DNA from: Negaprion brevirostris
Taxonomy: Eukaryota
Reading direction: 5' to 3'
Assembly: GCA_030324005.1 (NCBI GenBank)
Contig: JARDVH010000097.1
Coordinates: 23,433,045-23,497,044, forward strand
DNA length: 64,000 bases
Shown here piece by piece: positions 38,955 to 51,297 of the stretch (its first letter is position 1; each line of letters starts with the position of its first letter). Below the pieces are notes generated by a model. That model saw nothing but the letters and a program-made list of their open reading frames with translations, ran no database searches and had not been told where the DNA came from. A program made the position numbers and the translations under genes.

Positions 38955-39292
38955 TGTGGTGATTAGACCTTTAAAGATCCAGCTACAGGTCATATGACCA
39001 GGGGAACCAATCAGAGTGGGGGAATCAATCTTGTAAGAGGACTTTTCTATTCCAATACCTTCTCAGGACCTGACTGCAACCAAAGACTGCAAGCCTCTAT
39101 ATAGCCTTTACCTGTAAATAAATAAGTTTTTGTTTTCCCTAAGTTGCTGAACAGCAATCATTATGAAGGGGCACTGCTCCGAAAGCTCATGTTACCAAAT
39201 AACCCTGTTGGACTTTAACCTGGTGCTGTGAGACTGCTTACTGTGCCTACCCCAGTCCAATGCCGGCAACTCCACACTATAGCAATTATTAT
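38955..39292 (+). mobile_element. LTR-like remnant containing a Penelope-type end (39164-39280)
   Basis: gaaccaatcag and aaataaa LTR-like signals; insert gctccgaaagc...ctgttggactttaacctggtg flanked by agcaatcatta/agcaattatta. Confidence 0.6.
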
Positions 39293-39830
39293 ACTCACAC
39301 AAGCATAAAGAATCTGGGTCCTGTGATCACAACAATTTGAAAATTCATGGAGTGGAACCCCTTCCTATTGACAAAGGTTCCTGGCTGGCACTTTGATGGC
39401 CACATGGGTGAAATGAATAGTACCCTGGATGTGGAGGAATCCTGCAATTGCTGCAAAGCCTCTGGCCCACTCAGCCTGGCTGGCTTGGTCCATCCTGAAA
39501 TGGATGAATCTGTTCATCCACCTGAATAGAGTGTCAGTCACCATCTTAACACAGCTGTTGGACAAATATCACCCACTGACAGCCCACAAAGATCCAAAGG
39601 CATAAAAGTTAGATGCAACAATGACCTTGAGAGATGTGGGCATTAATGCCCACACAACTTTCGACTACCTCTGGTTCAATCATCTGGCAAACGGACATAA
39701 AAGCTTCTCTTGAAAACCGCAGCCTCAGTGACACTGAGCCTCTATCATGTCAAGGTATTCGGATCACTCTTTGTACACCCTGATACTTGGGTCGTGGCAT
39801 CTTCTGCAGAACTGTCTTCCATGTCCTCCC
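39293..39830 (-). mobile_element. Decayed Harbinger DDE transposase, N-terminal half
   Basis: LKVIVASNFYAFGS, CVKMVTDTLFRWMNRFIHFRMDQASQAEWARGFAAIAGFLHIQGTIHFTHVAIKVPA, FVNRKGFHSMNFQIV. Confidence 0.92.
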
Positions 39831-40886
39831 TGCTACCCCTGAAAGACCAGAGCCTGCACTTCTCATCTAAGGTGATGTCTGAGACCACCTGGCCTCCTCT
39901 CCTTTGGCAGCTATTGTCCTTCTCAGAAGAGGTGTTCTCTGCTGAATAAGCAAGACTCATCAGCAGAAATGCAAAAGGGGCTGGCCGATGAGCTGAGGGT
40001 GCCAAAAGAGCTAGAAATCTCAGCGAGATGTCACATGACTGAAATGTCCTAAAAACTCTAGACAAGATGCACAAATCTCAGAAGAAAGTAATGACAATGT
40101 TCACAGTATTCAATATCTTCTGCCAAACTCTCAGTAACTCCTATCAAATTTAGCCTGTCTCTGCTCCTGCCCCTTTCCTTCAACGACAGATTAGCAACAA
40201 CAGTTGGTCCACCTGACCTGTTGCCCATGTTTTGACCAAAAAATTGCACAGGCAATGAAAAATCCAAGTCAACTGGAGTTTTAATCCTCTTGATCTGATC
40301 CACTCTCATGCCCATCGACCAATATATTGCACGAGTGCATGATGGCATCAGGATGCGTGCTAAGTGTTTTCTCGTGCGCCCATCTGAACAACATGAAATT
40401 TGGCCCACTATTCCTTCCCAGTGCAAAGTTACTCATGGACCACATCACAGGAGGTGCTGCTCTGAACACTCTTATCCCTGGACAGACACTCCTAAATTTA
40501 CTTGACAACCTGGCTCTGTAATGTTTGCAAGGCTCAACTGTGGAAACTGGGGGCTGAAACATACAATATGCCCACAGGGAGTTTTCTGAATCTAAAACAA
40601 AATCTAGCTCCCCCAGTGGAAAAGAGAAATAATTAACATTTCTGTTAGTTTTCATTAAAGCAATAACAATAACATCAAATTAAATTAACACCCTGGATTC
40701 CTAATGTGGAAAACATTCTCCCTAGAATTGGGATTTGAAACAGATTGTGTTACTTTTATTACTCAATCTAAATTACACACACAGCTTGCCATTTGCTAAT
40801 CTGAATTAAAATTTCTCTGCATCTCACAAATGTAATTTGTTGATTTCCCAGAAGCTTGTCATAAAGTGATTAGCTTTACTTTGCAG

Positions 40887-41122
40887 TCCAGGGAGATGGC
40901 GGAGTGGAAATTGCAGAGTACCAAGCTGCCAGCACAAAGTGAGTGCAAGGAGTGATCCCGCTTCAAGCACAGACGTGCCCAAGACACAGTCAGATATAGA
41001 CCACCAGTCCCTTTCAGAGTAGGCTGGTTGCCTGATCTCCATCCCCAGCCTGCGAAATGGACATCAATGTCAGGCAGCCATGGTGTCAGCAGACGCCCTT
41101 GCTGGATATGTGCATGTTGCAG
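40887..41122 (+). other. Candidate exon (236 nt), possibly 5' UTR or first coding exon
   Basis: Acceptor ctttactttgcag, donor cag|gtgagc, Kozak-like gcagccATGG at 41080; unique, GC-richer sequence. Confidence 0.25.
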
Positions 41123-41418
41123 GTGAGCCGGGTGAACACAACTTTCCTGATGTTGACCCAGCACTCCTGTTTCTTCAGTCTTCCCAGCAATGGAGAAGAA
41201 CCCTGACCTTTGCTCTGCTCATCACTTAAGGTTTTGAAAAATCGACTTTGGGCATTAGATCTTCGATTTACATATTGAAGGGGACAAATGCCTGGTTTAA
41301 GTATCTGCACTTAACGCCGAGAAAAATGGGCAATGTAAATTTTGTGGTGGGAACAGCATCTGTACAGATAGATTTGTTCAGGTTGAACTATTCATTTGGT
41401 CTGCTTAACACCCATTTT

Positions 41419-41733
41419 AATCATGGAATCCCGACAGTGCAAAAGGAAGCCATTGAATCTGCTCCGACAACAATCCAACCCAGGCCCTATCTCTGCAACC
41501 CCCGTATTTACTTTGCTAAGTCCCTGATACTAAGGAACAATTTACCATGGCCAATGAACTTAACCCGCATATCTATGAAGTGTGGGAGAAAAATGGAGGA
41601 CTTGGAGGCTACCCATGCAGACACAGGGAGAATGCGCAAACACCACAGAGGCAGTCATTCAATGCTGGAATCGACCCTGGGTTCCTGGCACTGTGAGGCA
41701 GCAGTGCTAACCATTGTGCCACCGTGCAGCCCC
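41419..41733 (-). mobile_element. HE1 SINE, full length
   Basis: Ends ctgtgaggcagcagtgctaaccattgtgccaccgtgcagcccc. Confidence 0.92.
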
Positions 41734-42077
41734 AAAAAGTAAAAATAGCCATAAAATTAGGAATGATGAATTATAATTTGAGCCTCTATTTCTCTAGCAC
41801 TTTATTTTTGAAGGATTATCGATACAAAAAATGATTTTCGGTAATTTGAATAATTATGCATTTGATATACAAAGTAATAAAGTGAAATAACTGTTCACCT
41901 CTGATTGTTCAACAGCCACAGCCTATGAAGTGAAATGTAGCAAAAATCCTTTTATGAATTGAGGTATATATGCCTGCCATAAACTCATTATAGTTTCAGC
42001 AGGACAGTTCTATAAAATCTGTCTTTAGTAACAAGTTATTATGCAAATCTGTATTTAATTTATAACAGAAAAAAAAT

Positions 42078-42395
42078 TAAAGAGTCAGCATGGATTTCAA
42101 ATGGGTAGATCATGCTTGATCAAACTTATTAAATTCCTTGAAGGAGTGACAGATAGAGTAGGCAAGGGTAATGCAGTGGATATAATATGCATGGACTTTC
42201 AAAAGACCTTCAATAAGGTATTGTGCAGTACACTCATGAATAAGTTCAGAATGTGTCAAGTCAGCAGGCAGTAGCAGAATGAATAACAAGGTGGCTATGA
42301 AGCAGAAACCAGAGATTCGAGCTTACAGATAGTTACTCGGCCCAGTTGTTGAAACTGGGAAGTGTTATCCTATACCAATAAGTGGTGCTGGGCCC
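42078..42395 (+). mobile_element. CR1 RT fragment
   Basis: SQHGFQMGRSCLIKLIKFLEGVTDRVGKGNAVDIICMDFQKTFNKV. Confidence 0.92.
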
Positions 42396-42454
42396 ACTAT
42401 TGTACACCATTTTTTGGGCCAGCCCAGTGATTTGCACACTTCATCATAATGCTA

Positions 42455-43870
42455 TTATTGATTATAAAGCCTGTACAATTCACTGAATGGGCTGCACCCA
42501 CAGTCCCTAACCTCAAACTGGATTGGACTGAAGTATTTGCGGGGAATATAAATGAACAGTCAATCAAGAAGCTTAGAGACAGATACCCCATTCCTAGAGT
42601 CGAGAACCTGTATACCAAATTAGCTGGAAGTTTAAAATGCATCAAGTTAGAGCTCAGTCACACCTACTAGCAACTGGAGTTGATGACAATTCACAGATTT
42701 GTTACTATCAACATCCACAAGGATTAATACTTGTGTACATGTTTACCTTTTGAAGTCTCATCAGCCTATGCCATGTTCCAGCATACAATGGAAAGTTTAT
42801 TATAAGGCAACCCTAATGTACTGGTTTATTTCAATGATGTTCTTACAAAAGTCATACTTGAGGAAGTTTTGAGAAGATTAAAAGAGGCAAGTGTGATATA
42901 TATAATATTATATTTAAGGCGACGGTTCTAAACTTTTTTTACAGGTGACAAGTATGTCTGGACAGAATGCCACTCAGGTGCTGGGAGAGTAGGATAATTA
43001 CTTATTTTAGCTATGTTTTGTTTACTTAAGAGAGAGCTAATGGTTTTTTGTTTCCAGATGGAGGTTTCTTCTGGGTTTTTGATTAGGGTGTTTGACAGGG
43101 TCATGTGTAATATGGTTAATCGGAAGAGGTAGGTATGTAGCAGAGAAAACAGCCTTCAATTCTGGTTAGTGTTTGTTTCAAGACAGAGGTCTATATGCTG
43201 CTCTAAAACTCATATAAACATCTCTCTGAAAGCTTCAAGACTGACTACACTCTTGATAGCAATTATATTCATTGTAGCTTATTTAGAATTGAAAACATGA
43301 TAAGTTAGAAATTAAAGCTGTTTGAATTCTTACTTTTAGCTATTGTTCAACTGTTAGGAGTTAATTTGCTTTGTCATGTTAAAGTTACACTTAAACAGTG
43401 TTATTAAATAAAGTTTGTTTTATGATATAAAATCCCTAATTTGTCCGTGGAATTACTCCTGGAATGAAGCATCCTATCCTCACATTTAAGCTGAACTAAA
43501 AAAAATTGTTGGTATCTAGTCTGGCTTCTTAATATAATTTGGGNNNNNNNNNNAGAAAATGCGCTTTTCAGGCAGATTAATATTTGGGTTTCAGTGTAGA
43601 CAGTATGGGTTTACATTCTTAGGAACATTAATTTAAAGCCATTAAGGAGGTTTCACAACCAAAAATTGTATCTGATTGAAAGTCATTCCTCAGAATGGTG
43701 AATTATCGTGGTAGATTTTTACAATAGGTGTCTATCACATTGGTCCCACTTCACCAGCTGCTAAAGAACCATCAGCATCAGTTGTGGGGGGAAAAACAGA
43801 AGGAAGCACTCACAAAGATGAAGGCAGGCTCTGCAGTCATCGGCACTGCTGGTGCATTTTGATTCAACCA
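42455..43870 (+). mobile_element. Ty3/Gypsy pol (RT) fragment split by a solo LTR
   Basis: IIKPVQFTEWAAPTVP...DRYPIPRVENLYTKLAG...LPFEVSSAYAMFQHTME...VYFNDVL; resumes at 43554 with KCAFQ...KSFLRMVNYRGRF...LVPLHQLLK...LLVHFD. Confidence 0.92.
42892..43553 (+). mobile_element. Solo LTR (~660 bp) nested in Gypsy RT
   Basis: Starts tgtga, aaataaa at ~43407; 3' end lies in a 10-N gap; RT continues on both sides. Confidence 0.7.
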
Positions 43871-44131
43871 TTCTAGTTGTTAGGGGAGGGTGTGATGGGA
43901 AGGGTGGCTGAATGGGAGTTGGACTGGGTAAACTTCATGCTTGCGTGGTGTGGGGGTGGGGGTTGGGGTGGAGAATATATCTCTGAGGGGTTTGTGGTGA
44001 TCCCAGGACATTTTGGGTCCAACATGTCTGGTCCATATTTATGAATTTCTGTACAAAAGCCCACCCAGTACAGATCCCACTGGGAGGGCAGAGGGAATTG
44101 AATCAGGCTTCAAGACCACAAATGAGGTGTT

Positions 44132-44232
44132 TATTTGTTCACTTGTGGGACATGGCTACTAATTAGCTGACCAGCATTTATTGTCCATCCCTAGTTGCCC
44201 TTGAGAAGGTGGCGGTGAATTGCCTGCTTGAA
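44132..44232 (-). mobile_element. 3' tail of the SINE-B partner LINE
   Basis: ccagcatttattgtccatccctagttgcccttgagaaggtggcggtgaattgcc. Confidence 0.8.
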
Positions 44233-44349
44233 ATTTGAAAATTTATCATGTTTTCGCCTGTTTAAATCTTGTGTCATAATGCTCTATTGAAGTGCACTGG
44301 GACATGCAACCATAGAGCTCAGTTAACATAATGGAAAGTTGTGAAACTG

Positions 44350-44472
44350 ACCTGATGAAGGGGCAACACTCTGAAAGCTTGTGCTTCCAAATAAATCTGT
44401 TGGACTTTAACCTGGTATTGTGGTACTATTTATTGTGCCTACCCCTGTCCAATGCCGGCAACTCCACATCAT
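44350..44472 (+). mobile_element. Penelope-like element end
   Basis: Same sequence family as 39164-39280. Confidence 0.65.
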
Positions 44473-45659
44473 GTGCAGGTGATGCTAAGGGCTGCTCCCT
44501 GATGATAGTGATGTTGTGAAACATGCCCCAGATGACTACATATCGGGATGGATGGTCAGAGCTGTCCAGCAAAGCTCTTCCTGAAAAGTGCACACACTGG
44601 AGGCATCGCTTATGCACATTGACATCTGCTTGAAGGTGTTTTCCGGGGCAGCATGTTTCTCTTTGTAGGCTACTGTACAGCAGTGTCTGCTAGGAATGAG
44701 GAGTATTATTTAAACAGTTTATTCTTGCTATGCAGATGAGAATTTTATGAAACTATCAGCTGAAATAAATTCTGAATTGATTAAAATGTAAATTGTGAAA
44801 ACATTTTCCACCTCCTATTTTAATGAAATAGGTAAATGCCAATGTTAAAAAGGTTGACTTGTCATTGAAATGAATTAACAGACTAGTTGGTAATTGATAT
44901 TGGAATGGAAACACCTAGGATTATGTTGCTAATATGAATCCCATTCACACAATTATGAATAACATTTATGTGTAATTTCAATTTTATGTTTAGCCTGTTC
45001 AGGATCCATAATTATTGTAACACTAAACTAACAGCTGGTCAGATGTCAAAGCCCAAGAGCACAGCCAGCTAATAAAAGAAACAATTCTTCAGATCTGATG
45101 CCCTGAGTAGATTCTCCCAGTGCAGGAGGTCTAAGTAAGCGTAATAAATAGAGGGCGATTCAATATGGCTCAAAGTATAAAAACGATTATTACCAACAAT
45201 AAATAATTATTTATTAACAAGGTTCTGACAGAATTAACCATCTGACTATTCCCCACTCCTCTGGCTCCAACTGAGAATCTTCCCCAACCCAGAATACATC
45301 CCTTTGCACCCCATTATCTCCACTTCCCGTTTCAATAGGCCCAATCTTGTGACCCACCGGGATCACCCCCTTAAATGGGCTACTCTGCCACAATCCTTTC
45401 CCCTCAACCCCTGAAATTACCCGTAGATGAAAATAAAAAGAACATCATTACCATAGTGTGATGATAGGAGGCAGTTGCGATACATGACTTTTTTTTTGTT
45501 TTTGTAGGTTTAAAATTTCGGCTTTTTTCCACAGGCAGTTGGTATATCTGAAAAATATTTAGTGCAAAGGTGGTAGAAACAAGTTAATTACTCATTTCAG
45601 CTAGGAATTTGTTACTTTGATAGAACTAATGGACTTTTGTTCACACAAGAGATTCCTTG

Positions 45660-46080
45660 GGTAGTTGACAAGACAGTTAAAGGGTGTAAGGGATAGACAA
45701 GAAAGTAGAGGTGGGGCCACAATCTGCAATGATCTTATCAAATGGTGATGCAGGCTTGAGGGGCTGAATGGCCTGTTCCTGCTCCTAATGTGGATGCCAG
45801 TGCTGTAGCTGTACTGGGAACAGTTTGCCTAGAGGTACAACTGATTCTGGAACATAAATCCTCACCACTACAGCTGGGATGTTATCAGACTCCATTTTAA
45901 GTGTGCCCTCCTCCGTGACATGTTCTTTGACATGCTTCATTGAAGCAAGATTAGTTCACTGGCTTGATAGTAATGACAGAGTCTGGGTATGATGGACCAC
46001 GAAGTTAGAGATAGTAGTGAATATTGTTGCTCCAAAGGGCTTACAGACCCTCATGGGTGCTCAGCTTATATCTGATACTC
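45660..46080. mobile_element. CR1 3' tail (+, 45660-45788) adjoining a LINE-B RT fragment (-, 45793-46080)
   Basis: ggcttgaggggctgaatggcctgttcctgctcct; minus SDNIPAVVVRIYVPESVVPLGKLF. Confidence 0.7.
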
Positions 46081-46084
46081 TGTA

Positions 46085-47090
46085 GGATGATGGTGTAGTT
46101 ATAATGTCACTTGACTAATAAGCCAAAGGCCCAGGCTAATGTTCTAGAAGGAGGTGTTCAAATCTCACCACAGCAACTGGTGGAATTCAATAAATAAATC
46201 TGGAATATAAAGTTAGTCTCAGTTATAGTGGCTATGGAGATATCATTGATGGTCATTAAAAAAAAATCAGGTTCATTAATGTACTTTGGGAAGGAAATCT
46301 GCCTTCTTTACCTCATCTGGTCCATATGCAACTCCAGGTCCATTATACCATGATTGATTGTTAACTGCCTTTAATGGAGAGAGCTGGTGGTGATTTAACC
46401 CGAGGCTCGCCACACTTCAGCTAAGGGGCAAGATTGAGAAGGCGTGGCCCTTCATGAATAACCTCAGGAATTAAACCCACACTCTCTGCATCATGAAGCA
46501 GCTGTCCAGTCAACTGAACTAAACCAACTCCCCCAAAAATGAAATCCCATCAGCTGCCATGGTGGGATTTGAACCCACATCCCCAGAGCATTCTACCTGG
46601 AGCTATGTTCTGGCAACATTACGGTGGCACAGTGGTTAGCACTGCTGCCTGACAGTGCCAATTCCAATCTTGGGGGAGTGTGTGGAGTTTGTATATTCTC
46701 TCCGTGTCTGCATGGGTTTTGTCCAGGTGTTCTTTTCTCTTCTCAGAGTATAAAGATGGGCAGGTTAGATTGATTTGCCATGGTTAAAATGCTTCTTAAT
46801 ATCCCTGGATGTGTAGGTGAGGGAATTAGTGGGTGAAATACATGAGGTTAGGGTCTGGGTGGATGCTCTGTCGGAGAATTGGTGCAGACTCAATGGACTG
46901 AATGGCCTGCTTCTGCACTGTAGGAATTATATGATTCTTCTATAATTACCATTAGATTACTACCTCATCCTAGCTGCTGTTAACTAGCTTAATGACTCTG
47001 CAAGGCACTCAGTAGAAGGGCACTTAAGGATGGGCAATAAATGCTGGCCTTGCCAGCAATGCCCAAATCCCATGAAAGAATATTTTTAAA
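46085..47090. mobile_element. Nested SINE cluster
   Basis: SINE-B(+) 46085-46372 with its tail at 46990-47090; another tRNA-SINE(-) 46376-46534; SINE-B head(-) 46540-46970 split by HE1(+) 46621-46942. Confidence 0.8.
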
Positions 47091-47485
47091 AAATTTTCTT
47101 CAGGGGAGAGCATGAGCAATGAGGTTCAACTCCCCTCAGTAACAGGCTCCCATATGGAGAATTGGCCACTGAGTGATGATTTCCATGGTATACATACCTC
47201 CCCTCCAAGGACAATTGTGAGTGAGGTATGGAGATCACAAATATTGACACTGACAACTGGGATAGAGGCACCAATGTCCCTGACCTCTGGAGACTGACAT
47301 TTTGAAGGGGCAAGCAGAAACAAAAAGCATAGCTGACCGAGAAGAGGGTCCAGAGAAAACAGAGGTTAGCGAACCAAGGGTTTTCTCAGCCACAGTCTTC
47401 CTCCGCAGTGAATGCAGCCAAGGTAGTCATTCCAAAGTGGGGCTGCTGGACACAGAGTTGACAACCAAAGCATAGAGCATCATCT

Positions 47486-47651
47486 TAGAACATAGAACAT
47501 TACAGCGCAGTACATGCCCTTCTGCCCTCAATGTTGCGCCGACCAGTGGAACCAATCTAATTCCACGCCTTACTACCCTCTGAGTAAGGAACCTACCTCT
47601 GAGATCTGTCCTATATTTATCACCCCTCAGTTTAAAGCTATGTCCCCTCAC
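47486..47651 (-). mobile_element. CR1 3' end, internally deleted
   Basis: Same subfamily as 55946-56541; GHSFKLRGDKYRTDLRGRFLTQRVV. Confidence 0.9.
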
Positions 47652-49304
47652 TTCTGAGACAGGAGACTACCACAAGATGCAACCAGGGGTGCTGGTTATC
47701 TTTATTTAACACCAGAGATATGCAATCTCTCACCTTCCCAAACAGGAATGGAGCCAATGAATTGATAGGCAGCGCTGGCTGTACGATCTTGATGCTTGAA
47801 TCCTTCCAAGTTCTCGGCCTCTAGTTGCAATAATCAATAACTGGTGCTTAAGTTGTAAAATGTTCTCGCAAACTGTAATCAATGACATGAGAATAAGTCT
47901 TGTTATACTAATCAATAACTTAAGCTATCTTTAATGGAAAGCAGTCTCTACTCTTAACTCCAAATTGCTTTGTTCAAGTTATCTGATCTTTCAACATTTT
48001 TTAGCATTAAGCCCCACATTGCTGTGTTGTTTACACTGCTTGATCCAAAATACTGGATAATTGGATTTTGTTAGTACTGCAAGCCACTTTGAATTATCAG
48101 GAGTTAATCTAATCAGTCTTTACTGTAACTGTTTTTAGTCATTGATCAGATACACAATCTGAGAAATTCACTTCCACGTTCATGGTTTGTGACATTACTT
48201 CTTTGATTTCAGCTTAAGCCCTCCAGCATGGTCGTCTCCAAATATCACTGGGGTTCTTGCAATTACTCGACCAAAATGCTTTGTGTAAACATTGTTATCT
48301 AATCATGTCAACTGTGAACCTGCCAAGATAGCTTTGTTTTAAAATACTTGTCCCACCAGGCGTAGTAACTAGTTCAGACATCATGGTGACTGTGACACAA
48401 TATTCTGTGATCCAGGAATTAAGTGTCAGCTCTGAGAGAAGGGCTGGCAGAGCACTGAGGTGAATAGCTGAGCCAGCTATCAACAAGGTTTTGTTTGAGT
48501 TAAAGGTTGTCATGTAGATTAGTTTCAGCCAGATCGATGGCTGCTCAGAGCAACTGCAAACCAAAAAATAATTGGGACATTAGTTTGGGACAATTTCTGT
48601 GTTTCTATAATCATTATATGTCTCATTGGCAAAGCAATACCCATTGAAGCTTGGATCAGAGATATGAGATAAAAGGTAAGGCATATTCACTCTGATAGCC
48701 AGGTTTTCTATTGTATCCCGACTACCAGTGCATGCAATAAAAGGTTTTTAGTCTTACGCAGTGATCCATCTGCTGCCACAAATTGTAACTAATCTATTGG
48801 CAAGTGCATAAAGCAGAATAGCTGGGCTCAGACAAGCTTTTGGGACCATATTGTTACACTCGTCATGCAAAAAAGATCACAGTCATATTTGGTTACCGAT
48901 GACATTGCACCAGTTTTCCTTGACAGCTTTGTCTCAGCTTTTCAAATTCATCTTCTTAAAAGGCTCATTGAATTCTTCATGTTTCCTCAACCTTTAAGTG
49001 GAAAAGCAATATGAAGTGCATTTCCCATACTCCACCTCCAGCTCTATAACCAACTGCAAAATTGAATAGCTATGGTGATTTATCATTTCACGATGGATTT
49101 AGCACAGCGATACTGTTTTGCTTATTTTGTTGCTAGCATTCGTATTATAGGTTTATTTGAACAAGTCCATCTTCTATTCTGTTGTTATTTTATTGAATGA
49201 AAGGCAATGGTCCTTTTGCTACTCAATATGTTTGCACAGCAATGGATAGAGTGCATGAATTTGATGTACCACACAATGGAATATCCCAACTCTGCTTGCT
49301 GCTA

Positions 49305-49470
49305 GTTTGAGTGTAGTACTGAGCAAATGCTGCAAAATTGAAAATTGGTATCATTGGATAAGACATTAAATCTATCCACATTGTCAGGTGAAAGTAAAAG
49401 GAACTATGTTATACATTGGAAAGCAGGACTGGTTCCTCCATGTCTTGGTCCGAATTTACTCCATAACTTG
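49305..49470 (+). mobile_element. Decayed Deu-SINE fragment
   Basis: gtgtagtactgagcaaatgctgca...ggataagacattaaa...tcaggtgaaagtaaaagga. Confidence 0.55.
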
Positions 49471-49489
49471 TGTAAACATTTGCAGCCAT

Positions 49490-50187
49490 GTTTAATTCAT
49501 TTTGTGGGACATGGGTGTCACTGGCTGGCCAGCATTTATTGCCCATGCCGAGTTTCCCTTGAACTGAGTGGCTTGCTAGGCCATTCCAGAGGGCAGTTAA
49601 GAGTCAACCACATTGTTGTGGGTCTAGCATTATATACGTAGGCCAGACAAGGTAAGGATGGCAGATTCCCTTCCCTAAAGAACATTAGCGAACCAGATGG
49701 TTTTTTTTCAATAATTGACAATGGTCATAGAACATAGAATCATTGAAGCCCTACTGTACAGAAGGATGCTATTTGGCCCATCATGTCTGTATCGACACAG
49801 GTCCTATTCTGTAAACANNNNNNNNNNNNNNNNNNNNNNNNNNNNNNNNNNNNNNNCATGGCCAATCAATCTAACCCACATGTCCTTGGACTGTGGGAGG
49901 AAACCATAACACCTGGAGGAAGCCCACACAGACACAGGGAGAATATGCATACTCCGCACAGACAGTGACCTGAGGCTGGAATTGAGCCCGGGTTCCCAGC
50001 GCTGTGAGGCAGCAGTACTAACCACTGTGCCACCCAAAAAATCATCATTAGGCTTTTAATTCCAGTTTTTTTTTATTGAATCAAATTCCACCATCTGCCG
50101 AGGCGTGATTGGAACGCAGGTCCCCAGGACATTAGCCAAGTTTCTGGATTAATAGTCCAGCAATAATATCACTTGGACATTGCATCT
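49490..50187 (-). mobile_element. SINE family B, full length, with nested HE1 (49726-50035, -)
   Basis: SINE-B sequence resumes at 50041 after the HE1 copy. Confidence 0.92.
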
Positions 50188-51139
50188 CAGTGATGACATC
50201 ATCAAACTAAAATACCAGCCATGTAAATCATGGATTAAATCATCATGACGGATGTGCACAAATTAGTTGCTACACCTCTCTACATTACTTCACAGTCACT
50301 TAAAGAAAGTACTCACTTTACTGTACAGCATATGTGGGAACCAATCACCAATCAATGATCTCTTGCAACCAAAAGGGCTGACAGGTTATCAACAAAAAAT
50401 GTACCATGCTTGATAAAAGATTTGGTCAACAAAATCCAATATCATGACATTGGAAGACATGTAATCTGATCTCCTGATGTTTCTGCTAGATTTAATTGAG
50501 TTAACAACAGGTCAATAGAGAGTATCCATGATCTAGGTAATGTTCTGCATAATGGAAACATTTGCAGGCTGTTTCATTTTAGCCATGCCCTAATGCTAAT
50601 ATTTATCCTTCAAACATCAGTCAAATGGATTGCCTAATTGTTTCATATGTTTTTTTCTTACAATACCTTGTAAATTGTCTGTAACATTCTGTTACATAAT
50701 AACAGCAACTGCACAAAAATGCTGCATTGATGTTCTTTCTTCCTTTCTTTCAATGCTACATATAGAAGATAGTGTTTCAGACTTTGAAAGAAATAATGAG
50801 TGAGTAAAATGGAAAAGTGTCCATCTGGAATTATTGATGCTAAAATTCACAGAAAGGTGAGGAGAGGGTAAGCATGAGCTGTTACAGGGGTTTGGACAGT
50901 TTTGCAGTTGTGGAATTTGAAAGGGCATATTTTCGTCAATCCCTGCTGAATTTAGTGCAGGGCTTGAGTATGATTTTTAGAATCCCTTTCTCAACTGTTG
51001 CCAGCCAGATTGAGAGTTGTCTGACTGGTTGTCAGGTGAGTAGGTCTCACTCAGCCAGGGAGTATTGAGAAGAGAGTGGGTGAACATTGGTCAGTGGGAA
51101 CAACTTTGATGTGCTGGGGAATGGAGCAAGTGATCAGGG

Positions 51140-51297
51140 TGAAAGCAAAATACTGCAGGTACTGGAATCTGTTAAAACATAACAGATTTAATGTTTCAAA
51201 TCTAAATAAATGTTCATCCAACTCAAACTATTGGCTCCATTCTCTCTCCACAGATGCTATCAGATCTGCTGAGATTTTCCAGCATTTTCTGTTTTTA
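51140..51297. mobile_element. Penelope-like short repeat (related pieces at 32075-32145 and 55132-55228)
   Basis: aaagcaaaatactgcaggtactggaatctg...ctccacagatgctatcagatctgctgagattttccagcattttctg. Confidence 0.55.

Noticed and set aside
39293-39830. Host HARBI1 gene
   Set aside because: Frameshifts, stops, a degenerate DCTH motif and several other decayed copies in the window indicate transposon fossils
39745-40426. Possible L1 ORF1 (ERGRSRDRLNLIGVTES...)
   Set aside because: Weak resemblance; the region is continuous with the Harbinger nuclease 5' end and TIR
45490-45570. Two strong-looking splice acceptors
   Set aside because: Arise from a T-run; no good downstream donor or recognisable peptide
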